Part shown: in pieces, positions 1-11,416 of the stretch | Layout of the letters: each line of letters begins with the position of its first letter | Numbering within the stretch: position 1 is the first letter of the stretch | Sequence record: OZ196285.1 | Reading direction: 5' to 3' (one strand) | Length of the DNA: 64,000 nt | Program-made: the position numbers and the translations under genes | The notes under the pieces: generated by a model | Seen by the model: the letters and a program-made list of their open reading frames with translations, nothing else | What the model was told of the DNA's origin: nothing | Database searches by the model: none

Positions 1-1800
<1,800 letters not shown>

Positions 1801-1801
1801 T

Positions 1802-1809
1802 TATAAATA
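1802..1809 (+). promoter_or_regulatory. T4-type late promoter TATAAATA
   Basis: Exact consensus between genes 17 and 18. Confidence 0.85.
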
Positions 1810-1846
1810 TCGTATGAACACATAACTTAATGGTAAGGAAAATTAC

Positions 1847-3862
1847 ATGACTCTTTTATCTCCGGGTGTCGAAAGTAAAGAGATTAACCTTGCAAGTGCT
1901 ATTGGCAGAGCGGCTACAGGTCGTGCAGCTATGGTGGGGAAATTTGAGTGGGGTCCAGCCTATAAAATCACTCAAGTAACTTCAGAGTCGGACTTGGTTA
2001 CTATTTTTGGTCGTCCTAACGACTACACGGCAGCTTCATTTATGACTGCTAATAACTTCTTAAAATACGGTAATGATTTACGCCTAGTTCGTATCTGTGA
2101 TGAATCTACAGCACAGAACGCAACTGCACTATATCACGCTATTGATTACGCGCTTGGTGCGTCAAATGGCTGTGTTGTGGGCGATGAGATCACGATTAAC
2201 TACTCTGGTGTAGGTGAGTTAGTTGCAAAGGGTACCGTTTTAGAAGTTGACGCAGCAAACAACAACGCAGCAACTAAGATTTTCTTGCCTTCGGCTGAAA
2301 TTGTAGCGGCGGCAAAATCGGACGGCAACTACCCTGCTGTTGCTACATTAACACTAACACCAACGCAAGGTGACATCGCACTGACTGACGTTTCTATATT
2401 AGTCAATGGTGGTGTGTACTTCCCGAACATCGATACATCCGTTGACGCAATGACTGCAATTGATACTGAAGGCGTCGGTGCAACATATTCAGACTTGATT
2501 GAAAAGCAAGGTTTCAGCCGCTTCTCATCACGTTATGTTGGCGATTTCGGTGATGCAATCTCAGTTGAAGTTATCAACTACGCTGACTATCAGACATCAT
2601 TCGCGTTCGCGGCTGATCACACGTTAGGTGACGTTTCTCTACCAATCTACCCAGATGGTGGCACACGTGACATCAACCTAAACAGTTACTTTGAGTTCGG
2701 TCCGTCAAACAGCAATCAATACGCAATCGTTGTGCGTGTATCGGGTGTTGTTGAAGAGGCTTTCATCGTATCAACAGATCGCGGCGATAAAGATGTAAAT
2801 GGTCAGTCTATTTTCGTTGATGAATACTTCGAAAACGGTGGCTCTCAGTACATCACGGCAGTATCAGACGGGTGGAATTCAGCATCGGCAGCTTATAACT
2901 TCGGCGGTGGCTATGACAGCAACGCAGGGGCTGACGATTGGATGCTTGGTCTTGATATGCTGTCTGACAATGAAGTTCTTTACACAAACTTGGTAATTGC
3001 GGGTAATGCTGCTGCGGAAGAGTCGTCAATCGCTTCAACCGTACAGAAATACGCAATCGACAGTGTTGGTAACGTTCGTCAAGACTGTGTTGTTTTCGTC
3101 TCGCCTCCTGCTGCTCTTGTTATCAATAAACGTGCAGACGTTGCGGTGGCAAACATGCAAGGATGGAGAACGGGTGTCAATCCAACAAATGGTCAAACAG
3201 TTGAAGACAATCTGAACGTAAGTACGACATACGCAGTTATCGACGGTAACTACAAATATCAATACGACAAATATTCAGATCGCAAGCGTTGGGTTCCTCT
3301 AGCAGGTGACATCGCGGGTCTTTGTGCTTATACTGATCAAGTATCTCAACCTTGGATGTCACCGGCTGGTTTCAATCGTGGTCAAATCAAGGGTGTTGAG
3401 CGTCTAGCTATTGATTTGCGTAAAGCGCATCGCGATGCGCTGTATCAATTGGGTATCAACCCTGTTGTTGGATTCACTGGACAAGGCTTCGTGCTTTACG
3501 GTGATAAGACTGCCACTCAACAATCAAGCGCGTTCGACCGTATTAACGTACGTCGTCTGTTCAACTTGTTGAAAAAAGCAATCTCTGACTCAGCAAAATA
3601 CCGTCTGTTTGAATTGAATGACGAGTTCACTCGTTCTAGCTTCAAATCGGAGATTGATGCGTACTTGACTAACATTCAAGATCTTGGTGGCGTTTACGAC
3701 TTCCGCGTAGTGTGTGATGAGACGAATAACCCAGGTAGTATTGTAGACCGCAACGAGTTTGTGGCGAGCATATACGTTAAGCCTGCGCGTTCAATCAACT
3801 TTATCACTCTGAACTTCGTGGCAACGTCTACGGATGCTGATTTCGACGAGATTATCGGCTAA
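1847..3862 (+). CDS. 18: Tail sheath protein
   Basis: MTLLSPGVESKE N-terminus, WMSPAGFNRG, RINVRRL motifs. Confidence 0.97.
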   Translation: MTLLSPGVESKEINLASAIGRAATGRAAMVGKFEWGPAYKITQVTSESDLVTIFGRPNDYTAASFMTANNFLKYGNDLRLVRICDESTAQNATALYHAIDYALGASNGCVVGDEITINYSGVGELVAKGTVLEVDAANNNAATKIFLPSAEIVAAAKSDGNYPAVATLTLTPTQGDIALTDVSILVNGGVYFPNIDTSVDAMTAIDTEGVGATYSDLIEKQGFSRFSSRYVGDFGDAISVEVINYADYQTSFAFAADHTLGDVSLPIYPDGGTRDINLNSYFEFGPSNSNQYAIVVRVSGVVEEAFIVSTDRGDKDVNGQSIFVDEYFENGGSQYITAVSDGWNSASAAYNFGGGYDSNAGADDWMLGLDMLSDNEVLYTNLVIAGNAAAEESSIASTVQKYAIDSVGNVRQDCVVFVSPPAALVINKRADVAVANMQGWRTGVNPTNGQTVEDNLNVSTTYAVIDGNYKYQYDKYSDRKRWVPLAGDIAGLCAYTDQVSQPWMSPAGFNRGQIKGVERLAIDLRKAHRDALYQLGINPVVGFTGQGFVLYGDKTATQQSSAFDRINVRRLFNLLKKAISDSAKYRLFELNDEFTRSSFKSEIDAYLTNIQDLGGVYDFRVVCDETNNPGSIVDRNEFVASIYVKPARSINFITLNFVATSTDADFDEIIG

Positions 3863-3890
3863 GAGCAATCACGAGGGGTTTAACAGCCCC

Positions 3891-3898
3891 TCTAAATA
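3891..3898 (+). promoter_or_regulatory. Variant late promoter TCTAAATA
   Basis: One mismatch to consensus, directly upstream of gene 19; the same variant recurs upstream of other late genes. Confidence 0.65.
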
Positions 3899-3913
3899 AA
3901 AGGTATAAAGAAA

Positions 3914-4414
3914 ATGTCACTTAATGTAGATAACATTAAAAGAGCTTTCAGTAATGGTGATTTCGCTCGTCCGAACTTGTTCGAAGTTGAAATTCCATAT
4001 CTGGGACAAAACTTTAAGTTTCAATGTCGTGCTTCTGCAATGCCACCGGGTAGTGTCGAGAAGCTAGAAGTTTCTTATCAGAATCGTAAATACAACATCG
4101 CCGGCGATCGTACATTCGATGACTGGAACGTGACTGTTTACAACGATGAAAATCACGACATTCGTAGAGCTATTTTAGCATGGCAAGCACGTGCAGTTGG
4201 CTTAGGTAAAGAAGTAACAGGCGAGACGCCAGATCAGTACAAGCGTACTGGTACTATCACTCAGCTTGATCGTAACGGTGAGCCTACTACTAGCGCAACT
4301 GTTTTCGGTATATTCCCGACGGTAGTCGGCGAGGTTGCGCTTGATTGGGATTCAAACAACGAAATCCAAACGTTTGAAGTAACATTCAGCCTAGACTACT
4401 TCACAGTCGAATAA
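3914..4414 (+). CDS. 19: Tail tube protein
   Basis: ARPNLFEV, AGDRTFDDWNVT, WDSNNEI motifs; position after gene 18. Confidence 0.96.
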   Translation: MSLNVDNIKRAFSNGDFARPNLFEVEIPYLGQNFKFQCRASAMPPGSVEKLEVSYQNRKYNIAGDRTFDDWNVTVYNDENHDIRRAILAWQARAVGLGKEVTGETPDQYKRTGTITQLDRNGEPTTSATVFGIFPTVVGEVALDWDSNNEIQTFEVTFSLDYFTVE

Positions 4415-4461
4415 TTATGAAGAAGGGGGCTATAATACGCCCCCATTATTGAGGTAAACTA

Positions 4462-6009
4462 ATGTTAGAATTTATGAAATTCTGGACGAAAGAAGAAGAG
4501 CAAGATGTAACTGATATTCAGAAGAATCCGGTGCGCTCATTTTCAGCTCCTGATAACGTAGATGGCGCTAAGGATATTCATACTAACTTACTCGCGCCTC
4601 AGATGGGTAATCAGTTCATTCCTAGTGATATGAATCAAGAAGGGACGGTTCCGATTAAAGAACTGATCTCGGCATATCGCGGGCTGGCAGAATATCACGA
4701 AGTCGATGATGCAATTCAAGAAATCGTCGATGAAGCTATCGTTTACGAAAACGATAAAGAAGTTGTCTGGTTGAACCTAGACAACACTGATTTTTCAGAA
4801 AAAATCAAATCAAGAATAAACGAAGAATTTGACACTGTGGTATCACTTTTGCAAATGCGTAAGCACGGTTACAAGTGGTTCCGAAAATGGTATGTCGATT
4901 CGCGCATTTACTTTCACAAGATTCTTGACAAAGAAAACAACATTGTTGAACTGCGCCCACTAGACCCGATGAAAATGGAACTAGTTCGCGAAGTTCAGAA
5001 AGAAACTATTGATGGCGTAGAAGTGGTTAAAGGCACACTTGAGTATTACGTTTATCGACAGTCTGATTACAAAATGCCTAGTTGGATGGACACGAGTTCG
5101 CGATCGCAGACATCATTCAGGATCCCGAAAGAAGCGATTGTATTCGCTCATAGTGGTTTGATTCGTGGTTGTTCTGAGTCTCAGACAATTATTGGATATC
5201 TAGACCGAGCTATAAAGCCCGCTAACCAACTTAAAATGCTGGAAGATGCACTTGTCATCTATCGTCTAGCACGAGCGCCTGAGCGTCGCGTATTCTACGT
5301 CGATGTTGGTAACTTGCCTACTCAGAAAGCACAACAATATGTAAACGGTATCATGCAGAACGTCAAGAACCGTCTTGTATACGACACTAACACCGGTTCA
5401 GTGAAAAACACGACCAATGCTATGTCTATGCTAGAAGATTACTATCTGCCGCGTAGAGAGGGTTCTAAGGGTACTGAAGTAAGTACGCTACCAGGTGGTC
5501 AGTCACTAGGTGATATTGAAGATGTGATGTACTTCAACCGTAAATTGTACAAAGCGATGCGTATCCCGACTTCTCGTGCAGCGTCAGAAGATCAATCTGG
5601 TGGTATTAACTTCGGTGGTGGCGCAGAAATTTCGCGTGATGAATTGAAATTCACTAAATTCGTCAAGCGTTTGCAGACTCGTTTCGAAACTGTAATCACC
5701 GATCCGCTGAAACATCAGCTAATCGTAAACAATGTGATTACCGAAGAGGAGTGGGATGCGAATCACGAAAAACTGTACGTTGTGTTTAACCAAGACTCAT
5801 ACTTTGAAGAATCTAAGGAATTAGAGATTCTAAATAGTCGTATGAATGCAATGCGAGACGTGCAAGAATATGCCGGCAAATATTACAGTCATAAATACAT
5901 TCAGAAGAACATTTTGCGTTTGTCTGACGATCAAATCACTTCTATGCAAGAAGAGATCGACGAAGAAGACACTAACCCAAGATTTCAATCAGATGACCAC
6001 GGATTTTAG
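4462..6009 (+). CDS. 20: Portal protein
   Basis: YRLARAPERRVFYVDVGNLP, LEDYYLPRREG motifs. Confidence 0.97.
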   Translation: MLEFMKFWTKEEEQDVTDIQKNPVRSFSAPDNVDGAKDIHTNLLAPQMGNQFIPSDMNQEGTVPIKELISAYRGLAEYHEVDDAIQEIVDEAIVYENDKEVVWLNLDNTDFSEKIKSRINEEFDTVVSLLQMRKHGYKWFRKWYVDSRIYFHKILDKENNIVELRPLDPMKMELVREVQKETIDGVEVVKGTLEYYVYRQSDYKMPSWMDTSSRSQTSFRIPKEAIVFAHSGLIRGCSESQTIIGYLDRAIKPANQLKMLEDALVIYRLARAPERRVFYVDVGNLPTQKAQQYVNGIMQNVKNRLVYDTNTGSVKNTTNAMSMLEDYYLPRREGSKGTEVSTLPGGQSLGDIEDVMYFNRKLYKAMRIPTSRAASEDQSGGINFGGGAEISRDELKFTKFVKRLQTRFETVITDPLKHQLIVNNVITEEEWDANHEKLYVVFNQDSYFEESKELEILNSRMNAMRDVQEYAGKYYSHKYIQKNILRLSDDQITSMQEEIDEEDTNPRFQSDDHGF

Positions 6010-6027
6010 AGATAGAGGTAACATAGT

Positions 6028-6195
6028 ATGAGCTTAGAAACAATGGTAGCAGCATCACGCGAAGGCAAACTTGCAGATTTCGAACAACAGTTCACGCAAG
6101 AAATTGGCTCACGCGTTGCAGCACGCATTGAAGACATGAAGCAAGAGCTTGGTCGTTCAATTCGCGCAGATGGTGAAGTTCCTAAGGAGGACTAG
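6028..6195 (+). CDS. 67: Prohead core protein (55 aa, absent from the ORF track)
   Basis: ATG 6028 with GAGG RBS to TAG 6195, MSLETMVAASREG...; syntenic between genes 20 and 68. Confidence 0.8.
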   Translation: MSLETMVAASREGKLADFEQQFTQEIGSRVAARIEDMKQELGRSIRADGEVPKED

Positions 6196-6196
6196 C

Positions 6197-6703
6197 ATGT
6201 CGCTGACTTCAGAACAAAAACAAATAATCGATGAGCAAATTCAAGCTCACTTGAAAGATGGCGATACGCAGAGCGATGTGGCAAACATCATTAGCGTTGT
6301 TACCGGTGGTAAAGAGCTATCAGAAGACGAAACAGAGCTTTATGCATACATCATGCAGCAAGCGACGCTTCATCTTGACGAAGGTGTGTTTGAAGAGCTT
6401 GACTACGAACTAGACGAAGCAGAACTTGAATTAGCTGAAGAGTTTCAAATCAATGAAAAATTGGTTAAGAGCGTTTCGGTTGCTAATCGCAAGGCTGGTG
6501 GTAGCTTAGTTACTAAGAAAAAAGATCGAGCAACTCGTAAGCGCAGAGCGTCGCAAACTACGGGTCTAAGTAAATCAAAGAGACAAAAAACTGCACGTAA
6601 GGCGGCAAAAACTCGCAAACGTCAGAGAGGCACGAGCGTTGAGCGTAAAGCGAAAAAATCTCGCGCTAAGTCTATGAAGAAACGTAAACAAATGGGGCTT
6701 TGA
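6197..6703 (+). CDS. 68: Prohead core protein
   Basis: Acidic N-terminus and very basic C-terminus; AGGAGG RBS supports ATG 6197; synteny. Confidence 0.85.
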   Translation: MSLTSEQKQIIDEQIQAHLKDGDTQSDVANIISVVTGGKELSEDETELYAYIMQQATLHLDEGVFEELDYELDEAELELAEEFQINEKLVKSVSVANRKAGGSLVTKKKDRATRKRRASQTTGLSKSKRQKTARKAAKTRKRQRGTSVERKAKKSRAKSMKKRKQMGL

Positions 6704-6705
6704 TT

Positions 6706-7341
6706 ATGGAATTATTAATCGAAACTTGGGGTGTTTCTAGCGGTCTCGCTGAATCACTCGGAGAAAAGCCTCTTGTTGAAGCGAAGCTACCGCTAGAAAA
6801 GGGTGGCGACTTGTATATTGAGGGCATATTCATGCAATCGAATGTCGTAAACCGCAATGGTCGCAGATATCCGAAAAAAGTCATGGAGAATGCTGTATCT
6901 AAATACATGCAAGAACAAGTCAACACGAATCAAGCGTTGGGCGAATTGAATCACCCTAGCCGTTCGAATGTCGATCCTGCTGAAGCTGCAATTCGAATTA
7001 CTGAGTTGTGGTGGGATGGTGACAACGTAATGGGGAAAGCTATCGTACTAAATACACCGAAGGGACAAATTGTTCGAGGTCTAATCGAAGGTGGTTGGGT
7101 CCCGGGCGTGAGTTCAAGAGGTCTTGGTTCAGTTAAGCAAGTTGACGGCATTAACGAAGTCACAGATTTTCGTCTGACAGTCGGAGTTGATGTAGTATGG
7201 GGCCCGAGTGCTCCGAGTGCTTACGTTAAACCAGTAACTGAGTCAAATGAAGCTGCTAAATCAGCAAAAACAGTAGAAATTACCGAAAGTAATGACGCTG
7301 AATTCGCGAAACTAGCGGAAACGTTAAAAACTCTCTTATAA
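6706..7341 (+). CDS. 21: Prohead protease
   Basis: NRNGRRYP, GELNHP, GVSSRGLGS motifs. Confidence 0.96.
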   Translation: MELLIETWGVSSGLAESLGEKPLVEAKLPLEKGGDLYIEGIFMQSNVVNRNGRRYPKKVMENAVSKYMQEQVNTNQALGELNHPSRSNVDPAEAAIRITELWWDGDNVMGKAIVLNTPKGQIVRGLIEGGWVPGVSSRGLGSVKQVDGINEVTDFRLTVGVDVVWGPSAPSAYVKPVTESNEAAKSAKTVEITESNDAEFAKLAETLKTLL

Positions 7342-7344
7342 ATA
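7337..7344 (+). promoter_or_regulatory. Late promoter TATAAATA
   Basis: Exact consensus upstream of gene 22. Confidence 0.8.
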
Positions 7345-7373
7345 TTAAAAACATATTTAAGGAATTGAAGAAG

Positions 7374-8231
7374 ATGCAAATCAAAGAGCAACTACTTGAA
7401 GCCGTGTCTCACGATGACACTAAAATCACTACTGCACTTGACGGCATTTTTGAATCAGTTGAACTTTCCGAAGAGGTTCGTAATAAGTTCAGCACTGTTT
7501 TCGAAAGTGTAATCAAGACTAAAGCCGTTGAGCTTGCAGAAGCGCACATCGCTGACGCCGCAACAAAGGCTGAATCAGTAATCAACGAACACAAACAAGA
7601 GCTAAATGAAGCTGCTGAAAAATACGGCGATCATCTAGCAGAACAAATGTCAAACAAACTTGACTCTTACCTTGATCACGTAGTTGATGCATGGATGGCG
7701 GAGAACAAGTTGGCTGTTGAGAACGGCTTGAAAGTTTCGATGTTTGATGGTTTGATGGAAGGCATGAAAAATGTATTCATCGAAAACAACGTTCACTGCC
7801 CTGACGAAAAAATCGATATGATCGAATCGCTTGAAGAAAACATTCAAGATCTTGAGACTCGTCTTGACGGTGTAGTAGTTGAAAACCGTAAGCACAAAGA
7901 ATACGTTAACTACGTAGAGAAAAACATTGTTGTCGACCGCGTATCAAAAGGCATGACTGAATCTCAGAAAGAACAAGTTTCTGATTTGGCTGAGTCTATT
8001 CGCTTCGATGAGAACTTTGAAGACAATCTAAATAGTGTTATCAAGTTCGCTTCTGGTATCAAGCTTGCTGAAAAAGAAGATGATAAAGAAGACGACAAGC
8101 CAGTTCCGAAGAAGAAAGATTCTGAAGACGACGGCGAAGACGATGCTGACAAGAAAGACGACAAAGAAATTAAAGAATCTGTAGTGCCATCAATGGCTGC
8201 ATATTTAAACGCTGCTCGTTCTACTCGATAA
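7374..8231 (+). CDS. 22: Prohead scaffolding protein
   Basis: Coiled-coil, YLDHVVDAWMAEN motif, acidic/basic C-terminus; between genes 21 and 23. Confidence 0.92.
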   Translation: MQIKEQLLEAVSHDDTKITTALDGIFESVELSEEVRNKFSTVFESVIKTKAVELAEAHIADAATKAESVINEHKQELNEAAEKYGDHLAEQMSNKLDSYLDHVVDAWMAENKLAVENGLKVSMFDGLMEGMKNVFIENNVHCPDEKIDMIESLEENIQDLETRLDGVVVENRKHKEYVNYVEKNIVVDRVSKGMTESQKEQVSDLAESIRFDENFEDNLNSVIKFASGIKLAEKEDDKEDDKPVPKKKDSEDDGEDDADKKDDKEIKESVVPSMAAYLNAARSTR

Positions 8232-8256
8232 GCAAATAAAACGTTAAATTACGTTA

Positions 8257-8264
8257 TATAAATA
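8257..8264 (+). promoter_or_regulatory. Late promoter TATAAATA
   Basis: Exact consensus upstream of gene 23. Confidence 0.85.
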
Positions 8265-8303
8265 CTTTTGTAAATTTTAGAATAATTTAAAGGAATCATT
8301 CAA

Positions 8304-9845
8304 ATGAACCTAACTGAAAAATGGAAAGACTTGCTTGAAGCAGACGGTGCGGAAATGCCTGAGATTGCAACTGCAACTAAGCAAAAAATCATGTCGAAAA
8401 TCTTTGAAAACCAAGATCGCGACATCAACAAAGATCCAATGTACCGTGATCCACAACTTGTTGAAGCTTTCAACGCCGGTCTTAACGAAGCGGTAGTAGA
8501 TGGCGACCACGGTTCTGTTGCGAACATCGCAAGCGGTCAAACAACTGGTGCTGTAACAAACATCGGTCCTACTGTAATGGGTATGGTTCGTCGTGCTATT
8601 CCTCAGCTTATCGCTTTCGATATCGCTGGTGTTCAGCCAATGACTGGTCCAACGTCTCAAGTGTTCACTCTTCGTAGTGTTTACGGTAAAGACCCGCTAA
8701 CTGGTAAAGAAGCATTCCATCCTGTTCATCAGGCAGATGCATCATTCTCTGGTCAAGGCGCTGCTTCTGCAATTGCAGATCTACCAACAGATTCGACGGA
8801 AATTTCTACTCCGTACAAAGCGACTGTTACTACCGACGGTGGTACTGAAGACCTACGACACTTCCTAGCACTTACTACTGACGCTGTTGTAGCGACAACT
8901 GGTGTTGTGACTGCTGACGAATACAAATCTCTTGTAATCGGTGGCAAGCTAGTAGAAGTTGATGCAGGTATGGCAACAAGCCAAGCTGAACTACAACAAA
9001 ACTTCAACGGTTCTGCCGACAACGAATGGAACGAAATGTCATTCCGTATCGACAAGCAAGTAGTCGAAGCGAAATCTCGCCAATTGAAAGCTCAATACTC
9101 AATCGAGCTTGCGCAAGATTTACGTGCTGTACACGGTATCGATGCAGATGCTGAACTAAGCGGAATTCTAGCGAACGAAGTAATGGTTGAACTTAACCGT
9201 GAAATCGTTAACCTTGTTAACTCTCAAGCTCAAATCGGTAAGTCTGGCTGGACTAAAGGTGCGGGTTCTGCGGGTGTATTTGACTTCTCTGACGCAGTTG
9301 ATGTGAAAGGCGCACGTTGGGCTGGTGAAGCTTACAAAGCTCTATTGATCCAAATCGAAAAAGAAGCAAACGAAATCGGTCGTCAAACTGGTCGTGGTAA
9401 CGGTAACTTCATCATTGCATCACGCAACGTAGTTTCTGCACTTTCAATGACTGATACTCTAGTTGGCCCTGCTGCACAAGGTCTTCAAGATGGCTCTATG
9501 AATACTGAAACAAATCAAACTGTTTTTGCTGGTATTCTAGGCGGTCGCTTCAAAGTGTACATTGACCAGTACGCAGTGAATGACTACTTCACAGTAGGCT
9601 TCAAAGGCGGTACTGAAATGGACGCGGGTGTGTTCTACTCACCGTACGTACCTCTGACTCCACTACGTGGTTCAGACAGCAAAAACTTCCAACCTGTAAT
9701 TGGTTTCAAAACTCGTTACGGCGTTCAAGTTAACCCGTTTGCTGATCCAGATGCTTCAGTAGACAAAATTGGTTCAGGTGCTCCGGTAGCTGCATCAATG
9801 GGTAAAAACTCTTACTTCCGTCGCGTATTCGTAAGCGGCCTATAA
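8304..9845 (+). CDS. 23: Major capsid protein
   Basis: VRRAIPQLIAFDIAGVQPM, KSRQLKAQYSIELAQDL, FQPVIGFKTRYG. Confidence 0.98.
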   Translation: MNLTEKWKDLLEADGAEMPEIATATKQKIMSKIFENQDRDINKDPMYRDPQLVEAFNAGLNEAVVDGDHGSVANIASGQTTGAVTNIGPTVMGMVRRAIPQLIAFDIAGVQPMTGPTSQVFTLRSVYGKDPLTGKEAFHPVHQADASFSGQGAASAIADLPTDSTEISTPYKATVTTDGGTEDLRHFLALTTDAVVATTGVVTADEYKSLVIGGKLVEVDAGMATSQAELQQNFNGSADNEWNEMSFRIDKQVVEAKSRQLKAQYSIELAQDLRAVHGIDADAELSGILANEVMVELNREIVNLVNSQAQIGKSGWTKGAGSAGVFDFSDAVDVKGARWAGEAYKALLIQIEKEANEIGRQTGRGNGNFIIASRNVVSALSMTDTLVGPAAQGLQDGSMNTETNQTVFAGILGGRFKVYIDQYAVNDYFTVGFKGGTEMDAGVFYSPYVPLTPLRGSDSKNFQPVIGFKTRYGVQVNPFADPDASVDKIGSGAPVAASMGKNSYFRRVFVSGL

Positions 9846-9858
9846 GAGCTAAGACAAT

Positions 9859-9885
9859 AAAAAGGGACTCTTCGGAGTCCCTTTT
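9859..9885. terminator. Bidirectional intrinsic terminator
   Basis: AAAAGGGACTC-TTCG-GAGTCCCTTTT between convergent genes. Confidence 0.9.
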
Positions 9886-9890
9886 GTCGT

Positions 9891-10988
9891 TTATAGACTA
9901 TGAATAATGCGTTCAGCGATTTCAACACGTTTCGCGTATTGAGCAACCCCGTATTCAGGTCCCGGTTCAACATCGACTTTCACTTTCTTGGTGGCATTCA
10001 AGATGTCAGTGAGTAGTCGTCGCTTAGTCACGTTTTTTATTTGTGACATCGCGATTTCAAATTCATCCCCATTCTTGTACGCACCGAGAAAGTTCATTAG
10101 ACTCACGATAGACGAGTCGTACACATGAGCGACGTTCAATTGCATCAGAATCTCAGAACACTTGTTGAACTTCTTAGTCGCGCCATACGCAGCGGTCAAT
10201 CGATTACGGAAGTCAAACGAAACCCACTTATAGATCTTTTCATCATCTAAGCTGTATAGACTCAAATCGGTCTTGTAGTATTTCAACGCTAGAATTTCAT
10301 CAGGCGATAGGCTCGGTCCAAATCCCACTGAATTCAAAAACACAAAGTACATGTGAGCATCACGCTCAGTAAGTGCTTTTAGTGTTTCAGCCCAAATACG
10401 TTCTTTCGGAAGTGCATCAAGCATACCATCAGAAACCATCTTCTTACACAGCTCCCGCGTCTCGTCGGCAACCGTGAACCCGAGACTATGATAACGAGCA
10501 TAGAAACGCGCTACACGCAGCACACGAAGCGGATCTTCTGCAAATGCATCAGTCGTATGACGAAGCACGCGATCTTGTAGATCTTTCAGACCATTATACG
10601 GGTCAATTACAGGTTCAGTTGATGTAAACATGAAGAATGATTGTTCGTCAACTCGACGCACAGCCATTGCATTGATAGTCAAGTCGCGACGAGAAAGGTC
10701 GTCTTCGAGTGTAACCCCCTCAGTCGTGAACGTGAAATCAGTTGTCTTGTCACCGATGCTGCGTTCAACACGTGCAAGTGCGACTTCGTTGCCTTTGTCA
10801 TCAAGCCAAACGGGGAAGTCGGCACCGATGGGATCTCCGTACAATTCACACATTTCTTGTTCAGTTGTATCGATCATCAAGTAATCGATATCTTTAGGGA
10901 ATGTCGCGTAGGCGTCTTGCATATTCAATATTGTGTCGCGTACAGCCCCGCCAACAATAAATTGCTTCATAATGATATTTGATTTCAC
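9891..10988 (-). CDS. cca: tRNA nucleotidyltransferase (class II CCA-adding enzyme), no HD domain
   Basis: VGGAVRD..KDIDY, RRDLTINAM, EDPLRVLRVARF; GTG start at 10988 has an AAGGAG RBS (alternative ATG 10970). Confidence 0.92.
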   Translation of the reverse strand: MKSNIIMKQFIVGGAVRDTILNMQDAYATFPKDIDYLMIDTTEQEMCELYGDPIGADFPVWLDDKGNEVALARVERSIGDKTTDFTFTTEGVTLEDDLSRRDLTINAMAVRRVDEQSFFMFTSTEPVIDPYNGLKDLQDRVLRHTTDAFAEDPLRVLRVARFYARYHSLGFTVADETRELCKKMVSDGMLDALPKERIWAETLKALTERDAHMYFVFLNSVGFGPSLSPDEILALKYYKTDLSLYSLDDEKIYKWVSFDFRNRLTAAYGATKKFNKCSEILMQLNVAHVYDSSIVSLMNFLGAYKNGDEFEIAMSQIKNVTKRRLLTDILNATKKVKVDVEPGPEYGVAQYAKRVEIAERIIHSL

Positions 10989-11014
10989 TGTGTTCTCCTT
11001 TGTCATGAACCTGT

Positions 11015-11043
11015 ACAATACAATCATAAATAATAGAAGTCAA
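11015..11043 (-). promoter_or_regulatory. Sigma70-like early promoter for cca
   Basis: GG-TTGACT-17 nt-TATTGT; overlaps a plus-strand late-promoter variant CATAAATA at 11025-11032. Confidence 0.65.
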
Positions 11044-11065
11044 CCATATTTTCATGAGGAGAATT

Positions 11066-11407
11066 ATGGAATACACGAAATATGAGATTCTTAAATATCG
11101 CAGCCGTCGCAGTCACGGGATTAATCTCCCTGATTATAAAGGTGCGATATACATCGACCTAGTAAGCAGCCCGTGTGGGTCTGACAGTAATTATTTTGCC
11201 GTTCTGAACAGTGAAGAACAAATTGCAGTTGAGATTGCATTTGGAGGATATTATAACGACACTGAGGGTGATGCTGACCCGATACCACGCGATGATGATT
11301 TTCATTTGATTGGTTCTCAGGGTCATTATGAGGCTCAAGGAAGAATGTTTAATAGCAACTTGCGCGTATGGCTGCGTGGTGCAGGTAAGATAACTATAAT
11401 TTACTAA
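11066..11407 (+). CDS. Hypothetical late protein
   Basis: ORF with GAGGAG RBS, downstream of CATAAATA. Confidence 0.7.
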   Translation: MEYTKYEILKYRSRRSHGINLPDYKGAIYIDLVSSPCGSDSNYFAVLNSEEQIAVEIAFGGYYNDTEGDADPIPRDDDFHLIGSQGHYEAQGRMFNSNLRVWLRGAGKITIIY

Positions 11408-11416
11408 GGAATTACT

